A program made the translations under genes and the position numbers. Under the pieces are notes generated by a model that saw only the letters and a list, made by a program, of their open reading frames with translations, made no database searches and had not been told where the DNA came from. From contig RDEW01000079.1 of the NCBI GenBank assembly GCA_011109175.1, positions 13,446 through 77,445 on the forward strand: a stretch of 64,000 nucleotides of DNA, given 5' to 3'. Origin of the DNA: Dicyema japonicum. Taxonomy: Eukaryota; Animalia; Dicyemida. This document shows, one piece after another, positions 61,801 through 64,000 of this stretch. The first letter of the stretch is position 1. Every line of letters starts with the position of its first letter.

Positions 61801-62000
61801 CACTTGCGCATGTTAGATAAAGCGTGGTTAAAATTATTTTATATTAAAAGTTAGTTTAACCAAAAAAAATTTTTTTTAATAATGAAAAATAGTGGCGAGA
61901 TTTAGAATTTGGCGAGCAATAGAGGTTTCTTTAGAAATTTTCGATTTTTTTGAAAAAATACGGCGACCAATAGAGGTGGCGACCAATAGAGGTTTGACTG
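58844..62000 (-). mobile_element. Tigger/pogo transposon interrupted by a hAT
   Basis: TIRs C(A/G)GTCAAACCTCTA with TA on both sides. Removing the hAT restores MTWFE|HIELRGGF; FKASNNWLSKFKKR, KRAWMTSKIF. Confidence 0.88.
60286..61558 (+). mobile_element. hAT (ZBED4/Ac-like) transposon, internally deleted
   Basis: TAGTGATGCACCGAT ... ATCGGTGCACCTCTA; TSD gttccaac/gttcaaac (7 of 8). BED finger (VWKFF..CKLC..MINHLRVYH), SLTIDIWT, APASSVESERVFS. Confidence 0.9.
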
Positions 62001-62119
62001 TACATTGTCGCATCCAATATTCAATCTATAAAAATAGTTCACCCACTTTTTTAATAGAATATGACGCGCCCTTTTTTTCGGTACAACATAAAAAATATTG
62101 GCTTAGAAAAAAAACATAA

Positions 62120-62390
62120 AAAATTAAAAAGTCTGAAAAGAATAAAACGAGCTCGATTTGTGAGCATTGCGTGAGAACGGTTAGATCCCGGCTAAATGCT
62201 AGCTTGCGCGTTGCCGCGCGTGATTGTAAGCGATCCTCTGTCTTAGCCAAAAGGATTCGCGAGCATCCATTTTTTCCGAGCGATAAGGAGGCGACAGGAA
62301 TTTCGATGTTTGCGAGTCGAAAGGCTCCGGAGGTCTCGAAAGCCAGACGTGCCCTTGTTTTAAGAACTCTTTTTTGGGCAAAGTATTAGT
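62120..62390 (-). mobile_element. CRE 3'-end fragment
   Basis: LAFETSGA..QTSKFL..DARESFWLRQRIA; similar to 19480-19720. Confidence 0.8.
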
Positions 62391-63701
62391 TATCGTAGAT
62401 AAACTGATCACAGTTTATAAATCTTTTACTAACTTGCTTTTAATAATTTTCGGATAAGTTGCCACAGTCCATTTTATCTATGAGACTATTATATTTCTTG
62501 CTGAACTTTTAGGAATATTGAGACGTTTGGAAATTTGATTGTAACTTTTTTTTTGGTGGCCTCGCAGACCACCTGATTTATTTCAAAAGAATAATCCTTC
62601 TGATCTCCCATAAAATAATGTTAAAACGGCTATTTTTAATATTAATAATCCGTTCTTAAGTGATAATAAACCGATAATAAACCTTTTGTGGACAAATCAT
62701 AAAAGAAATAAATAGACTATAGTCATAAAGAGTACCAACACTTTGCCCATTAAATCCCATTAAATAACACCATCGATTGTCACGTGCACGTTGATGCACG
62801 TTGACGTTGATTTCTTGGTGGGTGCTATTTTATTTCTGTTTTTCTGATCCTACACAACCTCTCTTGTCCAATGTTGCGAAGTAGGCATCCGAACGCTGTT
62901 CTTCTTCTCCCCTCCGAACATATAGCGCAAGGACCAAATGCCGAACGGAGCTTCACTAAGCAAGACGGGTCTCCGTGTCTAGGGTCGGTTAAAAATTAGT
63001 CTAAAAATCTTAACATTTTTTTCTGTTTTCTTGTTATTATTAATTTAATACACTAATGAATTAAAAATGGTCATTTCTTAACCAATAGTTAACATTTAGA
63101 GATGTACAATTATTTTCTAGATCCTGAAACTCTCTAATTTTATGAAAAAATAATAAAGGTAAAAATACTTTATATTTTATGGTTAAACGTGAAAAATATA
63201 AAAATTTATTAAGTGGTGCCAGCCCACCGTATATATCAGATTGATGCAAAGGTAATGGCCGATTTTAAAATTGGCTAATAATCTCTTGACTTTGTTTAAT
63301 TCACAAAATTATGTCTACAAATCTTCAGAATAAATGCATTGAAATATTTATGAAGCTCGTATAGAAGAATATTCATTAAATCTCCCATGAATATTCATTA
63401 AATCATCTTTAGTTATCATATAAACACAAAACTAATCATCTATATATATAAAATAGAAACACTATTTAGTTTATTTATATTTATATATATTTGTATGTAT
63501 AAAAATTGTTGTTGTAGTGTTGTGATTGTCCGTTTCTATCGATAAGAAGAACTCAAATCTAATGGGCCTTCTTGCAGAATCAAATAATAAAAACAGTATA
63601 GTTGATCCAGGAATACTGTCTCTGTAACTGGATAACGTCACAAAAACTAGCCTACATTTGGAAGTCTTCGTGCTCCAACTAACTTTCACTTCATCTCTGG
63701 C

Positions 63702-64000
63702 ATGATTAAAAATGTCAATTGTTCCTCCGAGAATGAATGGGTGTCACAGATTGTTTATTTCACAAAACAAAAACTGCGGACAATACCTAGAGGTGGTTGG
63801 AGTTTCATCCTCGAAAAGTTCAACACAACATTCTTGAAGAGTACGAATCTAAGCAGACTGAAAAATATGGTCATACTCAAACCAATAGATGACAACATTC
63901 ATGAAGGAGGTAAAAACAAGCAAAGCCCCATAAGAAAGCATGTAGAAATCTCCAATTTCGGAAAGTGTTTAAAAGAACTTAATTTCCAAATTAGCGAAAT
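63702..64000 (+). CDS. Open frame running off the window; unidentified (possibly Myb-like N-terminus of a retroelement)
   Basis: ATG at 63702 and no stop to the end: EWVSQIVYFTKQKLRTIPRGGWSFILEKFNTTFLKSTNLSRLKNM. Confidence 0.25.
   Translation, partial: MIKNVNCSSENEWVSQIVYFTKQKLRTIPRGGWSFILEKFNTTFLKSTNLSRLKNMVILKPIDDNIHEGGKNKQSPIRKHVEISNFGKCLKELNFQISE

Noticed and set aside
1-64000. Ciliate origin suggested by 20-30-nt introns
   Set aside because: Conserved Gln positions use CAA/CAG, reading TAA/TAG as Gln does not repair the frames I checked, and LAP/KIF23/mortalin features look metazoan. Not formally tested.

Overview
AT-rich eukaryotic scaffold with two N gaps (12840-13322, 20647-21540), consisting almost entirely of nested, decayed transposable elements plus broken host-gene fragments. 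I found no intact host gene, rRNA, tRNA or CRISPR array. TE content: APE-type LINEs (RTE-like and I/Jockey-like, one with a decayed 2A peptide), more than a dozen CRE-clade (RLE) retrotransposon pieces, an R4/Dong-like RLE fragment, Tc1 and IS630-like DDE_3 elements, Tigger/pogo, three kinds of hAT, a probable Merlin fragment, and several RT-less integrase elements with TGT...ACA ends (Ginger-like). Host fragments (KIF23-like kinesin-6, mitochondrial Hsp70 C-terminus, LAP-type LRR, unidentified genes) keep very small 23-30 nt spliceosomal introns. I infer an animal with miniaturised introns; dicyemid or orthonectid-like is a hypothesis only. Main highlights: (1) CRE retrotransposons with an N-terminal PHD finger seen at three independent loci; (2) Ginger-like and Tigger transposases whose own introns are the same tiny size; (3) a repeated mosaic cassette of intron-retaining host-gene pieces; (4) a head-to-tail tandem duplication with a period of about 8.9 kb (36853-45747 and 45748-52988). 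All translations and alignments were done by eye, and boundaries without TIR/TSD support are approximate.
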